A stretch of DNA of 64,000 nt, from NCBI RefSeq assembly GCF_009914755.1, contig NC_060929.1; one strand, given 5' to 3'. Shown piece by piece: positions 30,801 through 46,329 of the stretch. The notes beneath the pieces are model-generated. The model did not search any database and had not been told where the DNA came from. It saw only the letters and a list, made by a program, of their open reading frames with translations. Source of the stretch: the human T2T-CHM13v2.0 reference genome, Homo sapiens. Numbering within the stretch: the stretch's first letter is position 1; every line of letters begins with the position of its first letter. The translations under genes and the position numbers were made by a program.

Positions 30801-31829
30801 GTCATAGAATAAATAATCTTTTATTTGAAACATTGTATAGCCATTAAACCTGTATTTATAGGCATGTAGTTACCCATTTATTTCTGAAAATATTAAACAT
30901 TGAATTTCATTGCTAAAATATAAATTCTAGTCCCAATCTAAGACCTAATCTTTAGCTATACCAAATCAAGTCACTTCATAGGCCTGGGCCTAAATTTCTT
31001 CATTTGTAATAGGAAGGACTTCCTTCTAGCTCCTAAATTTTATCGCCAGGAGGCAAAGTATGTGCTGCTTTCTGCCATTACAGCAAATCGTTTGATATTG
31101 TGTTTTCTATTCACTTATAATTCAAATGTTTACTGTGATGAAATTTAACATTTAATGCTTCAATTCAACTTGCAAGGTATAAATTATAAAAGAAAGTGAG
31201 CCACTTACTAAAACATAAAGAAGAAAATAAAATATTCTTTTGGTGACTATTTATTTGTATTACCTATAATTACTTACATGAGTAATAGTGTGAAAACGCA
31301 TAGTGCGTTAACTCTGGATAAACTAAGTTTAGCAAAATCAGAATTTTGTAATCTGAAAACTGCTGCTGTGCTGAAGGGAAGACGTTGCCTGGAGACGAAG
31401 TACAGCATCTGAAGCTTGATATTGTCTATAACATTGTCTCAAATGAAGGAACATTACGTACCAAGCTTATTATTGCAGCGATGGCTTCCTGCTTTTCTGA
31501 ATCAAATTAGGATTATAGCTGGAACCAAAACTAATAAAAGAGAAACCTCTCTGTTTCCATAAAATAACTACTAATGTATACCCACAAGTGATGAAAATTT
31601 AAAAAAAAATCCTAGCAAAATTTTGCAAAATAGAAGCTATCAATTGACAGAAATCCAATAAAGCCTGAAGTTTCCTACCTCTGAACAGTCCATGGAAAGA
31701 GAAAAGCTAAAAATCACTCGGCTGTCACTACTGTAACTTTGGATATCAAGTTTTGAGTCATGGTGTTATTAACCACTACATTAACACAAAGTCTTGATCT
31801 GGTTTTGGATTTAAGAATTACATTTATTA

Positions 31830-32149
<320 letters not shown>

Positions 32150-33080
32150 ATTACATTTATTTTGACCTGACCTCAAGTTGAAGTGTGCACTTCTACTTTA
32201 ATAAAGTGGAGAATATTTAACAAAGATGGTCTATTATTTATTAACTATTTTGGCAGCACCACAGCTTTTCATAAAATGTAAGCCTGGAATAAAAGGAGAA
32301 AACAAAAACAACAACAACAACAAAACAAAGCAACAATAAGAATATGATAATAATTTCAGGAGCATTGCATGTATATTTGATTTTCCCATTTAGAGCTTTC
32401 AGGTTTTGTTTTAAATATTATTAGGGATGTGTCTTCTTGAAAGATTGCCACTTGTCTATGTTCCCTGATTAGATTATTGGTGTGGTTTAACAAAGGTAAG
32501 AAGGGTCCCAAAGTTTTTATGCCAAAGTGGTAATAGAATCTCCAAAGCAAAACAGAAAATGATGAAGAATTTGAGATATGAAACTGTGTATAAAAGAATA
32601 GATCACTAAAATCATTGACCAAACATTAGGCTGTGTTCTACACCACAATATGCGTATAAGCAATGTTAACTACAGTTCAAGGGTAGAATGACAAGCTACA
32701 AAGCATCTTGAGAAAGATCCTAATGTGTTTTATAATTCTCTGACAATTATGTATTTACTATTAAAATAAAACTGTACTATCACAGTTATATACACAAAAC
32801 TTTGGGGACTTTGACTGTTCAAGAGCTTATGTTACCTACAAGGGTAACAAATAAATTATTCACAGGATAGAAATAATTCAGTAATCATTTTAAACAAAAT
32901 GGTATGTAAGAGTTAAAATAGCATAGTCAATTTTAAGAATATGGCTGTCCATAATCATAACAGGAAAAAATGAGTCAGGCATAGTTTATAAATGAATTTT
33001 TATGAAAAACCAAAGAATTCCAGATGCCTATCTTCTAGCAAATAGAGTGTTGACCCATTTATTTGTGTGTCTAATGTAAC

Positions 33081-33582
33081 TGTAGCAGATAACGTGATGC
33101 AATGCCTTGTGTCAATTCATCCCACCTCTGAGTTCACGTATAGGTGTAGTATACCTATTCTGGAAGGCAGACAGCACCAAGTTTATTATAGTATGAGTCT
33201 GTTTTCCTTCAGGTGTGTTTTCTCGGGAAACAGAATAGTTAGTGGTGAAGAAGTGCAACCTGAAAATCTAAGAGAGGTGATTTTCTAAGTGCAAACATCA
33301 GCCAATGAGAAGCAACAGGAAGTGGATAAATCTCCCAATCATCTCCTCTTAAAATGAGAATATTCTAAAGTAGGTACTACATGATTTTTCAGAATATCCC
33401 TAAAAGAGTTGCTCCCAAATGATTCACAACAGTAATCCACTCATCGACACACTTTATTAGTTTAGCTTTCTTTCCCCCATTTCCCCTTCTTGTCGTGTAC
33501 TTCCTGAGATCATCTCTAAATAAACTACCTGCCACAAATCTTTCTCCTAGGATCTACTTTTGGGAGGAACCAAATTAAGAAA
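33081..33582 (+). mobile_element. LTR16-family (ERVL) solo LTR
   Basis: CAGCCAATGAGA...GGAAGTGGATAAAT...AAATAAACTACCTGC...GGATCTACTTTTGGGAGGAACCAAATTAAGA. Confidence 0.75.
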
Positions 33583-33984
33583 GTACAGTTTGTATACCAA
33601 GGAAGAAAACACTTGCTTTTTGTTTATTTGCTTTTGTCAATGGAATTAAAAGAGGGGGGAAAAGTAGAAAGCCACATTAAGTAAAAATAATATCTAGAGT
33701 AGAAATCTGAAGACGTTTTCCAGTCTTTTTTAGCACTAAGTTTCTATGTAATTTTTTCAAGCCATTTAAATATTTTGATGATACATTCCTTAAAATTAAA
33801 AAAAAGAGCTGGAGTGAGGATAGTAGGAATAGATGACCTGTAGAATATCATCCAGTTCAAAAAAATTATATGCTAGAAACCCTTTTATCTAATGCTGTTA
33901 GAGCCCATAGTGGATAGGTTAATGAAAAAGTTCAGTTAAAATTATAACTCATAAAAATGATACACTCATAACTTATATTTTACA

Positions 33985-36710
<2,726 letters not shown>

Positions 36711-37874
36711 CTTTAAAATATATATATACATGTATATGAATTCAAAAATTTTGTGTGTTGCAAAGACCCTCTGGGTATGGGTTGTTTATATTTTTTCTTT
36801 CATAAATCATACCCACAACACAGCATTTTGGGGTTAAAGTGTAAATAAAATTTTAAAATATCCTTGAAGTAATCTTAGTGCAGAATCCTTGCAGTTTCAT
36901 ATTTTCTTTAATATTTATCATGTATTTCTCAAATAACAAATTGATAAACAATTGTTTGAGGATATTTATTATTGAGTCCTTTTTAAGCTTTTAAAATAGA
37001 AAAAATATATTTTTACATATATTTTATTATTTTACATACTTGGTAATGTAATTAATTTAATTTAATAAAATAAATAGCAAAATACACACAACTTCCACTA
37101 CTGACTCTTGGTAGAGAAGCAGTAAGTGGGTGTCCTGAAATTTTGCCACCTAGATGTATAATTTCAATACATCATACATTTTGTCAGAAAATTTAATCCA
37201 ATAAGTCAGTTATATAAGTTTTATTAAGAGAGTGATTCTGCTCTCTTAAACTTCCAAAACTCCAAGTCTTTTCCAAGGCAAGTAACAGAAAATTAATATG
37301 GCTGCAGCAACCTCACTACATGAAAAAGTATATGAAACATCCACTGGAGAGACCCTCAATTGAATTTACGCTGATAAAAAGCCAAATATTCAGTCATCAT
37401 TAGACATTAAAATTGCATTAATAAGAACAATTTTCACACTCAATAATAACTCATCCATTTTGGGAACCATCTAGTACTTCAAGGTTCCAAGCATATCATC
37501 AGGGATTTCCTTGATCACAAAGCACTGAAAGCACAGGGCTCTGTGTTCTCTTCTATTTGCTTTAACCAGTGAATCTAAAATGGCAACTCCAGTTATTGCT
37601 GTAGGGTCAATTTGCATTGAAAGTGATAATTTTCTTGATGGTTATTAAGGAATAAGCCTGTAGGCTTAATATTAAAGTTTTGTAGACATGGAATCATAAT
37701 TTGGTAATATATAGAATTACAGAATGCTACAGAAAAGATTGAGCAGGGTAATGAAACATCACATGCACAGGGGATGAGAGATTTGTTCAGCTTGCAGTTT
37801 CCAATGGGAATCAGGATTAATGTCACAGGATGTATCATTTAGCAAAGATTTGAATTTGCTGAAGGATTATATGA

Positions 37875-38600
37875 GTGAAAATAGTCTAGGTTATGCTACA
37901 GTAACTATAAAGACCCAAATCACAGAGGTTCAAAACCAAAGCAATTTAATTCTAGAGTAATGCCTATTGCAGGTTGACCTGAAGCTCTATAAGACCCCAT
38001 CCTAACCTGATAACAGCCTGACAAAGCCTCTACCATCTGGAAAATGAATGAAAGAGAATGCAGCAAACTGTGCACCAACTCTTCAAGGTGTTCAACATGT
38101 GTCACATATTTAACCCTGTATTAGTCCATCCTCACACTGCTATAATGGAATGCCTGAAACTTGGAAATTTATAAAGAAAAGAAGTTTAATTGGCTCATGG
38201 TTCTACAGGCTGTACAGGAAGCATGGCTTGGAAAGCCTCAGGAAACTTTCATTTATGGTGGAAGGGGAAGCAGGCATGTCTTACATCGGCAGAGCAGGAG
38301 GAAGAGAGTGAAAGGGAAGATGCTACACACTTTTAAACAACCAGATCTCGTGAGAACTCACTCAGTATGATGAGAACACCAAGGGGGAAATCTGCCCCCA
38401 TGATCCAATCACCTCCCACCAGGCCTCTCCTCCTACACTGGGGATTATAATTCAATGTGAGATTTGGGTAGGGATGCAAATCCAAGTCATATAAATCCTG
38501 CTTATATTTTAGTGGCTGAAGCAAGTCACATGGAAAAGCTAGACTGAAAGTGGACTGGGAAATATAATCCTACCATATGTTTTCAAGATGGAGAATCTAA
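37875..38600 (-). mobile_element. Old MLT1K/L-like LTR split by an MST LTR
   Basis: CTAGGTTATGCTACAGTAAC...; resumes as GGCTGAAGCAAGTCACATGG...GGAAATATAATCCTACC. Confidence 0.65.
38117..38494 (-). mobile_element. MSTA/MSTB solo LTR
   Basis: TGTATTAGTCCATCCTCACACTGCTATA...GGTTCTACAGGCTGTACAGGAAGCATGG...GAGATTTGGGTAGGG. Confidence 0.9.
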
Positions 38601-38651
38601 TGTGTATCCTGATGAGTATAATAGAGAATGAACAATATGGTCTCATATACC

Positions 38652-39069
38652 CAAGTCCAGGACTAGGATGAAACAAGTAAGACACTTGCCTCAAGTGCTA
38701 ATTTAGGATGGCTCTAAACATTCAATAATGAAATAATAGTGTGAGGTAATATATTTTGAAAACTCAAAATTAATGCAAAAATCTATGATGAACAGAGATA
38801 TTCAAATGTTGAGTAAATCTGGGATGAGTGTACAGCTCCATGTCAAGCCACATGAGAACCTGGGGCAAGACAAGTGATGAGTAATCTGCCAGTCTTCACT
38901 TAAAATGTGATTTCAAAATTTTCATTATGAAAATTTCTGCATTTAAATTGATTACTGCACAAATTCAATTAAAATATCTTTTAACCTTGATTACTGAGAT
39001 TTGTGGCACAGCCTTCCATTTTGTGCCTGAGGCAAGTGCTTCATTTATTTCACTCTGTTCCTAGTCCTG
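38652..39069. mobile_element. MER96B-type palindromic hAT MITE
   Basis: Long inverted arms (CAGGACTAGG...CACTTGCCTCA / TGAGGCAAGTG...CCTAGTCCTG); degenerate 8-bp TSD CATATACC/CATATTTC. Confidence 0.8.
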
Positions 39070-39099
39070 CATATTTCATACTAGCATCACCAAGGAGAT

Positions 39100-39345
39100 G
39101 GTGGACATGTTGGTTTATAATGTGCACTCAGGATTCATATTGTCTAAGTTCTAATTTTAATTCTATTTTTATGGCATTTTGAAATGCTAAGTAAACTTCT
39201 TAACCAATGTCAGCCTCATTTCCCTTGTAAAACAAGGTTCTGTATACTCACAGTGTCATTTATGAAGAAAAACAGAAAACATGTTTATAAATGGTTAATA
39301 CATTTCTCAGACTGCATAAGCAATAAATACTGTACATAGTTACTA
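39100..39345 (+). mobile_element. MIR SINE
   Basis: CTTCTTAACC...GCCTCATTTCCCTTGTAAAA core and CATAAGCAATAAATA end. Confidence 0.65.
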
Positions 39346-39365
39346 ATTTTTTAAAAAATAAAATA

Positions 39366-39503
39366 GGCTGGGCAACGTGGCTCATGCCTGTAATCTCAGC
39401 ACTTTGAGAGGCTGAGGCAAAAATATTACTTGAAAGGAGATTGAGCCCAGCTTGGGTGACCTAGTGAGACCTCATCCCTATTTGATTTTTATAAAAAGAA
39501 AAA
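39366..39503 (+). mobile_element. FLAM / Alu left monomer
   Basis: GGCTGGGCAACGTGGCTCATGCCTGTAATCTCAGCAC...GTGAGACCTCATC. Confidence 0.85.
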
Positions 39504-42250
39504 TTATACACTATTTTAAAGATATGTAGTACATGGGAGAGAAGCTTTATGAGTTAGGACATCTGAAAATGTATGGTATGAATATAATGTTAATGAAACA
39601 CTTGAACTCTTGTTGTCTTTAAGATATTTTCATTTGTAACTTCGAACAAATCTTTAGGGTTCTCACAAATATCATCAAAGAAGATATAAAAATAAAAATG
39701 CAAACTGGTTACTAAATTTGATGTGTGTATAACAAAGCAAAAAAATATGGAGATGTCATCCAGACATTTCAAAGATATACAGTGCTATTAAGAAAACAGA
39801 CCTAATTGGCATTACAGAAGAATTCAAGTTGGTGAGAGAAGTACGGAAAGAATGACGATCAAAGATAGTGCCTTCATATATGGCCAAAGGCTAAATGTCA
39901 GGTAAAAGCAATATTAAAAATGAAGACATATCACATATATTTTAGATATGTAATTTAGGTTGGAAGATCTGGGGCATAAAAGGAAAGAAGGGTCATTGAG
40001 AAAATATTAGCTTTATTGTTATGGAGATAAGTGATCATATTCAATACTCAAAAAGGAAACTTATCTGCTCAGTCTTAATAATTCCATATTTCTCAAAGAA
40101 AATGCTTTGGGCAGAACAATATAGAATGGTAAGTGCTCTGTGCTTTATACCCAATATTTCTCTCATTGGTGGATTACAAATGACCAGACTAAGCATCCTT
40201 TTAAAAGCTTTTTCCAAAAGCTTCTAAACACTATTCTGCTCTATTCATAAATGTATAAGCCAAAAGACCTGTCAACTGTTACACTGAAAAGCAGTTCATC
40301 TCAGAAAGTCAATAGGCCAGGCAGAGAAGCTCAAGTAAAATGAGGTGAGGGTAAAATAATAATTTTGGTAGGCAAAATAAAATAATAAGCCTTTCAAAAA
40401 CCAACAAGACATGAGTAACTGTTAATTATTTGGAGGAAATCTAACTTGTCTATTTTGCTATTAATAAAAGTTTTAATATGAAAAATAGGCCATATGAATC
40501 TCTAGAAGAGGGTACTTCAGAGTCACTTTACATCTGAGAAGAAGAAAAAGTAGATAGGATCAGGTGGGGATTACTGTGGAGACTTGAAATGACGAATAAC
40601 AGAAAGTAAAGTTAAAACACAAATATTAAAACACAGTAGGTAAACAATTATTGGGTCTAAGTGACACTCAAAATAATTTTCAATTTCCAATTTTACCTGG
40701 CAATAAAGAAGATGATAATATGACCTAGACTTATAAAAATATTGTTTTCATTCATGTATTGAAATACAATTAGGAAGGAGGTATTGTGCTAGATAAATTC
40801 TAAGTATTTGTTAATTTGCTGCTCAAAATTAGGGAAGTAATGTTATGGTTTCTATTTAGCTTGTGTAAAAATTAGAGCTTCCATCATTGACAAGATTTAT
40901 CTGAAGTTACACATGTAGCAAATGTAGGAGTGTTCTAACCATAAGTTTAAAGAAAATGTGCTGTTTAAGTGATACTATAAATTATTTTTCTGGAAAATAT
41001 ATCTATACCCATTTTCATCTATATCTTATGTATGTCTATGTATATAAACACATGTGTTATATATATCTATCATCTATCTATCTACTTATTTATCTGTAAG
41101 TATTCCTAAACTGCAAACATTCTGCAGTACAATTCACTAATTATTTAATTTGCAGACAAGGAAAGTATGTTCCAAAAAAGTGTTTGCATAGGGAGCCACT
41201 GTCAGAACAGTACAAAAGCCTGGGTTTCTTGCTTCTCAGCAGAAAGTCCATTCAACTTCATCACATAGAACATGAGTACTCTGCGTCTTAAAATACTCTA
41301 CTGTACGGCTGATGTACGGCTGCAGCCAGTGAGGTTTTTTATTTTTCTGCATGGAATTGGGCATGAGGCTTTGCAAGAAGGAAATTGCTTCCAAGCTTGG
41401 ATCCCAAGGAGAGGGCTTTTCTTTGTAACTGGAATTCTAAAACCTCAGTTACCAGACTGGGCAGAACAGTTGTACTATAGTAGCAGATGCAATATGCATG
41501 AGAAATTGTAGCACAGATATTGAGGGTGATAAAAATATGCAGCATTGCATAAGAAAAGGCAGGATTTTGCATAACATATTGGATAAATTAGAATTGGTAT
41601 GAATGCTGGGAATCTTGAATAGTTGGATTATTAGCAGTGATTAGATTTTATAACAGAGATTTTTGTTGCTTTTGTGATTGTTGATGGTGATGGTTTTGGT
41701 TTGTTTATTTGCTAATTTTTTTAACTTTTGCATATTAGTTTTGTTTAATTTGTTGTTTTTCCTTCTTTACGTCTTTTCAATTTAAGCTTTTGTTCTTTTC
41801 AAACATTCTCTATCAAAATCTTGCTCCAGATAAAACTTTTACTTGTGATGAATCCTGTAAATGTTTTTGGGTTTTTGTTTTGTTCCATTTTGTTTTTAAA
41901 AGAAAAATCAGCTTAATGAAACTCTGTTTTAAACAAGTTACACCCACCGTAAACTTTAAAATCAGTCTTCATGGACTAATAAAAATCTTGACACTTCGCT
42001 GAAACCTTTTACAAAAGAGTGTCTTATGAATTGGAATCTCTGTGTCACGGTCCACTGTCTCCTAGTTATGTGTTTGTACTCACCACTGAGCTTTGAGACC
42101 CTCAAAATTAGGCACCATGCTATTAGTCATAAATACTTTAAATATTTGCTGACTTCTAATGACATATATAATTCATTATCTAAATGATTGATTAGAGCTG
42201 TTTTGAATAACTTCAAGGACATGGATACCTTCACTTTCATTTTAAAATAT

Positions 42251-43095
42251 TAATGAGGAAGACCTGGGTAGAGAAGCGTGTGGTCCCTTTAAATGATATG
42301 GAAGGGGGTAAGGGTGTGGTCCCTGACTAGGGCTCCACCCTGCAGACTTAGGTGAGTACAGGCAGTCCTGCCTTCCTGCTCAAATGTTGCATTTCCCAAG
42401 ACCACCCTGGCCTCCCACGCCCCCATTCTGTGCCTATAAAAACCCCCGAGGCCCTAGCCGGCAGACACACAGGCGGCTGGATGTCAAGAGGAGCACAACA
42501 GAGGAGGAACACAGAGGTGGCTAGACACAGAGAGTAACACACTGACGGCTGGACATACGGAGTAAAACACCGACAGGCACGGGCACCCTGGCAGGCCACC
42601 GACCATTAGAAATAGAATGACATGGAGTTTAGCTGGGGCAGTCAGAGGAGAGCCCAGGCTGCTGAACGGCTCGACTCTAGGGGAAACCCTTCCCACTCCA
42701 CCCCTTCTGACTTTCCGAGAGCTGCTTCCACCCAATAAAACCTTGCAATCATTCTCCAAGCCCAGGTGTGATCAGATTCTTTCGGTACATCAAGGTAAGA
42801 ACCTGGGATACAGAAAGCCTCTGTCCCTGAGACAAAGTAGAAGGTCTAAGGGAGCTGCTTAACACAAGCCACCTATAGACGGCAAAACTAAAAGAGCAAA
42901 ACTAGAAGAGCACCCTGTGACACACTCCCACTGGGGCTTCAGGAGCTGCAAACATTCACCCCTACACACTGCTGTGCAGTCGGAGCCCCATAGCCTGCCC
43001 GTCTGTATGCTCCCCTAGAGGTTTGAGCAGCGGGGCACTGAAGAAGCAACCCCATTACACGGCCTGCGAGGGGGACAAGGTAACTTCCCATTTCA
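42251..43095 (+). mobile_element. ERV1 solo LTR, LTR1/LTR28 (HUERS-P2) family
   Basis: GGTCCCTTTAAATGATATGG, CAAATGTTGCATTTCCCAAGACCACCCTGGCC, ends ...GGGGACAAGGTAACTTCCCATTTCA; 4-bp TSD ATAT at 42247-42250 and 43096-43099. Confidence 0.85.
42435..42441 (+). promoter_or_regulatory. LTR TATA box (candidate Pol II promoter)
   Basis: CCTATAAAA at the expected U3 position; LTR AATAAA at 42734-42739; activity not shown. Confidence 0.5.
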
Positions 43096-43365
43096 ATATG
43101 ATACATATATGCAGAAAAACACAGTACCAACAATTATAGCTAGATATTTGATGATTATGTATGCTCTTTTTATTTTAAGCTAGACATGAGGGATTATTTT
43201 GTGAAGCCTACCCTGAATTTATAATTACGCTTACCTACATGTTTTACCATGTAGAAGGTTCAACTGAACTGCTTGATTTGGGAGGGAAAGGAGAGAGAGT
43301 AAATGCTACGCATTTTAGAATATGTGATTCCTGACGGAGGAACTGTTTTATATGAGATATGGGCA

Positions 43366-43716
<351 letters not shown>

Positions 43717-45086
43717 TTAATACTATGGGCCTGGGTTTGGGTTTGGTGTTTTGAGGGGTTCAATATCAAGCAAAATGTGGGTGTTTATCAACAGCTGCTG
43801 CAAAACCAACTGAATGGCAATGCCATCGATCTCCTTTGCTTAATATGTGGAATCTAGTTATATTTAATTTTCCCAACCTTGGCCATCTGCTTACCATTGA
43901 AAAGTTAATTAAAATAAAATTAAAAAGTAATATATTTGACCATATTCAGGGAAAAAATGAAATGAAATGATTCTGAAATAATCAAAATCTAAAAATATAA
44001 AATTTAGATAGAATAAAATTTTTGGAAATCAACTCATTCATATAATAAAAGCAAGCTACATATAATAAATAGAAACACTAACAAAGTAAATTTCGTTAAG
44101 GAAGATGATTTCCTAAAGAACAAAGAGGAATGTTAGCTATGATCACTATAACTCTACAGCAGAAGAGAAGATAGGCTCTTAAGTAATCTTCAAGCCTTTA
44201 AGACTCTGGACGTCAAATTTTCAACTGTTCTGAAAGTGTGCTTTAATGTACTGGATATGTTTCCTCATCAATAAAATGGTGGTAAGCTCTACAGTTTAGT
44301 ACCAGGTATTAGTTACATAAAATAGTTGCCTAGAAAAATTTCTTGAAATTTTGACTAGTAAAAAGTTATAAATAAAGAACTAAATGAACATTAATTTTTC
44401 TCCTCTTCTCCAGTTATACTTTGTAGACAGTGAAATAAAAATCAGTTTTGTTAATATTATTTTAAAAAACTATTTACATGTTAATGTTGTCATAATAATT
44501 ACTGTTGTTGTTAACTTGCTCTGACAGGGAGTTGAAGCTATTAAGAGAGTGACGAATAATTCGCAATGAATCAAAAACACGAATGTTGAATATTTTGTGA
44601 ACAATTTTTCATTTGAAAAGCTTGCATAATTTGCCCTTTCATCACAATTAATAATAGGAATACTCCCTAAGAAATTGTTATTACAGTTGTACATAATTAT
44701 TTTCTTTGAGCTTAAATTCCATTTAATCTCTAAGGCAGCTGACATTTTGATTACTTATTTTGTAGCTGTTTTCTTTGCAATGAACACTGATTATACTATG
44801 GGAAGCAGCATATAACTGGAGCTATTAGCTCTGCTCTTTGCATATAGTAGAAACTTAATAAATTTTTCTTAATAAATAAATAAAATAATATTATTGTTGG
44901 CTCACAACAATTAGAATTATAATCGACCATAAATTTTCCAGCTATTTCTTCCATATTATAAAACGATTTTAAATTTTATAACTTTTAAAATTTTGAAATA
45001 TAATTATCAGGGAAACAAAAAGATAGAACTTCAATGATTGTAAACAAAACTTTGCTCACAGATTTAAAATTGAATTGAATCGTCAC

Positions 45087-45405
45087 TTTTTTTTATTTTA
45101 TTTTTGTTTTTATTTATTTATTTTGAGATGGAGTCTCGCTGTGTCGCCCAGGCTGGAGTGCAGTGGCGCCATCTCTGCTCACTGCAAGCTCCGCCTCCGG
45201 GGTTCCCGCCATTAGCCTGCCTCAGCCTCCAGAGTAGCTGGGACTACAGGCGCCCGCCACCACGCCCGGCTAATTTTTTGTATTTTTGGTAGAGACGGGG
45301 TTTCACCGTGTTAGCCAGGATGGTCTCAATTTCCTGACCTCGTGATACACCCTCCTCGGCCTCCCAAAGTCCTGGGATTCCAGGCGTGAGCCACTGCGCC
45401 TGGCC
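45087..45405 (-). mobile_element. AluY
   Basis: GCAAGCTCCGCC, GGGACTACAGGCGCCCGCC, GTGTTAGCCAGGATGG. Confidence 0.95.
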
Positions 45406-46329
45406 GTAAATTTTTTTATTTTAAGAACGAAATGAAGTTAGACTCTGTTTCTTACATTTGGAGATGAAGAATTGTCCTGTAAACATGTAGGCGCAAAGGA
45501 TAAATATATATTGAAAATGTGATAGAAGGCATTGGAGTGCTACCCAGAAAATTATGATGTATGACAATAAAATTGAGAAGAGAAGGCAGATTCAAAGAGG
45601 TGAGTCTGGTATTGCTACAATACTCAAAATACTTTTGGAGAACCAGAGAAGCTGAGCAGAGCTAAACAAAGAATTTGGAGGCTGAAATTAGAGTCTTTAT
45701 GAACCTAAAAGTCTCATGAACACTGTAGGTCATTTTGAGGGATCTGAATACGTCACGACCTAAAAACGATTTAACCAGAAGTAGGTCAGGATTTGAAAGA
45801 GCTAAACTTTGTTTGAATTATCTAAATTCGGGATTAGTTTAAGATGTTAATTTAATATTCTGTGAAGGAGTATAACAAAATACAACATTCCATGTTAACT
45901 CTGACATTTTTTTCTCAGATATGATGATTCTAGAACCTAGCTTCCCTAAAGTCATGTGGTATATTTTTAGAGATGATAGTATTTATTATTTCATTAATTG
46001 ATTAATAAATCATTCTGATGTTAATAATTTGCTCTTGGGAGATAATTCTCCAATAATTATCTATTTTTTCATAATTCATAGTTTTTGTCATATATAATTC
46101 TAATTTTTTCCAAACAACTTTCATAATATTAACTCATCTGTATTTTATAAAATTAATTACTAGTTATTCCAACAACATTTTCATTGTCTTTCTTTTTAAT
46201 ATTACTAAATGTATTCACTTTTTCATTTTTAATGTTAATTTGTTAAATGGAAGTTACATATAGTGAAAATAAATATGAAGCTATTTTAATATTCCGTACC
46301 TTAATCTAAAATAGTGCATTCATTTATAT

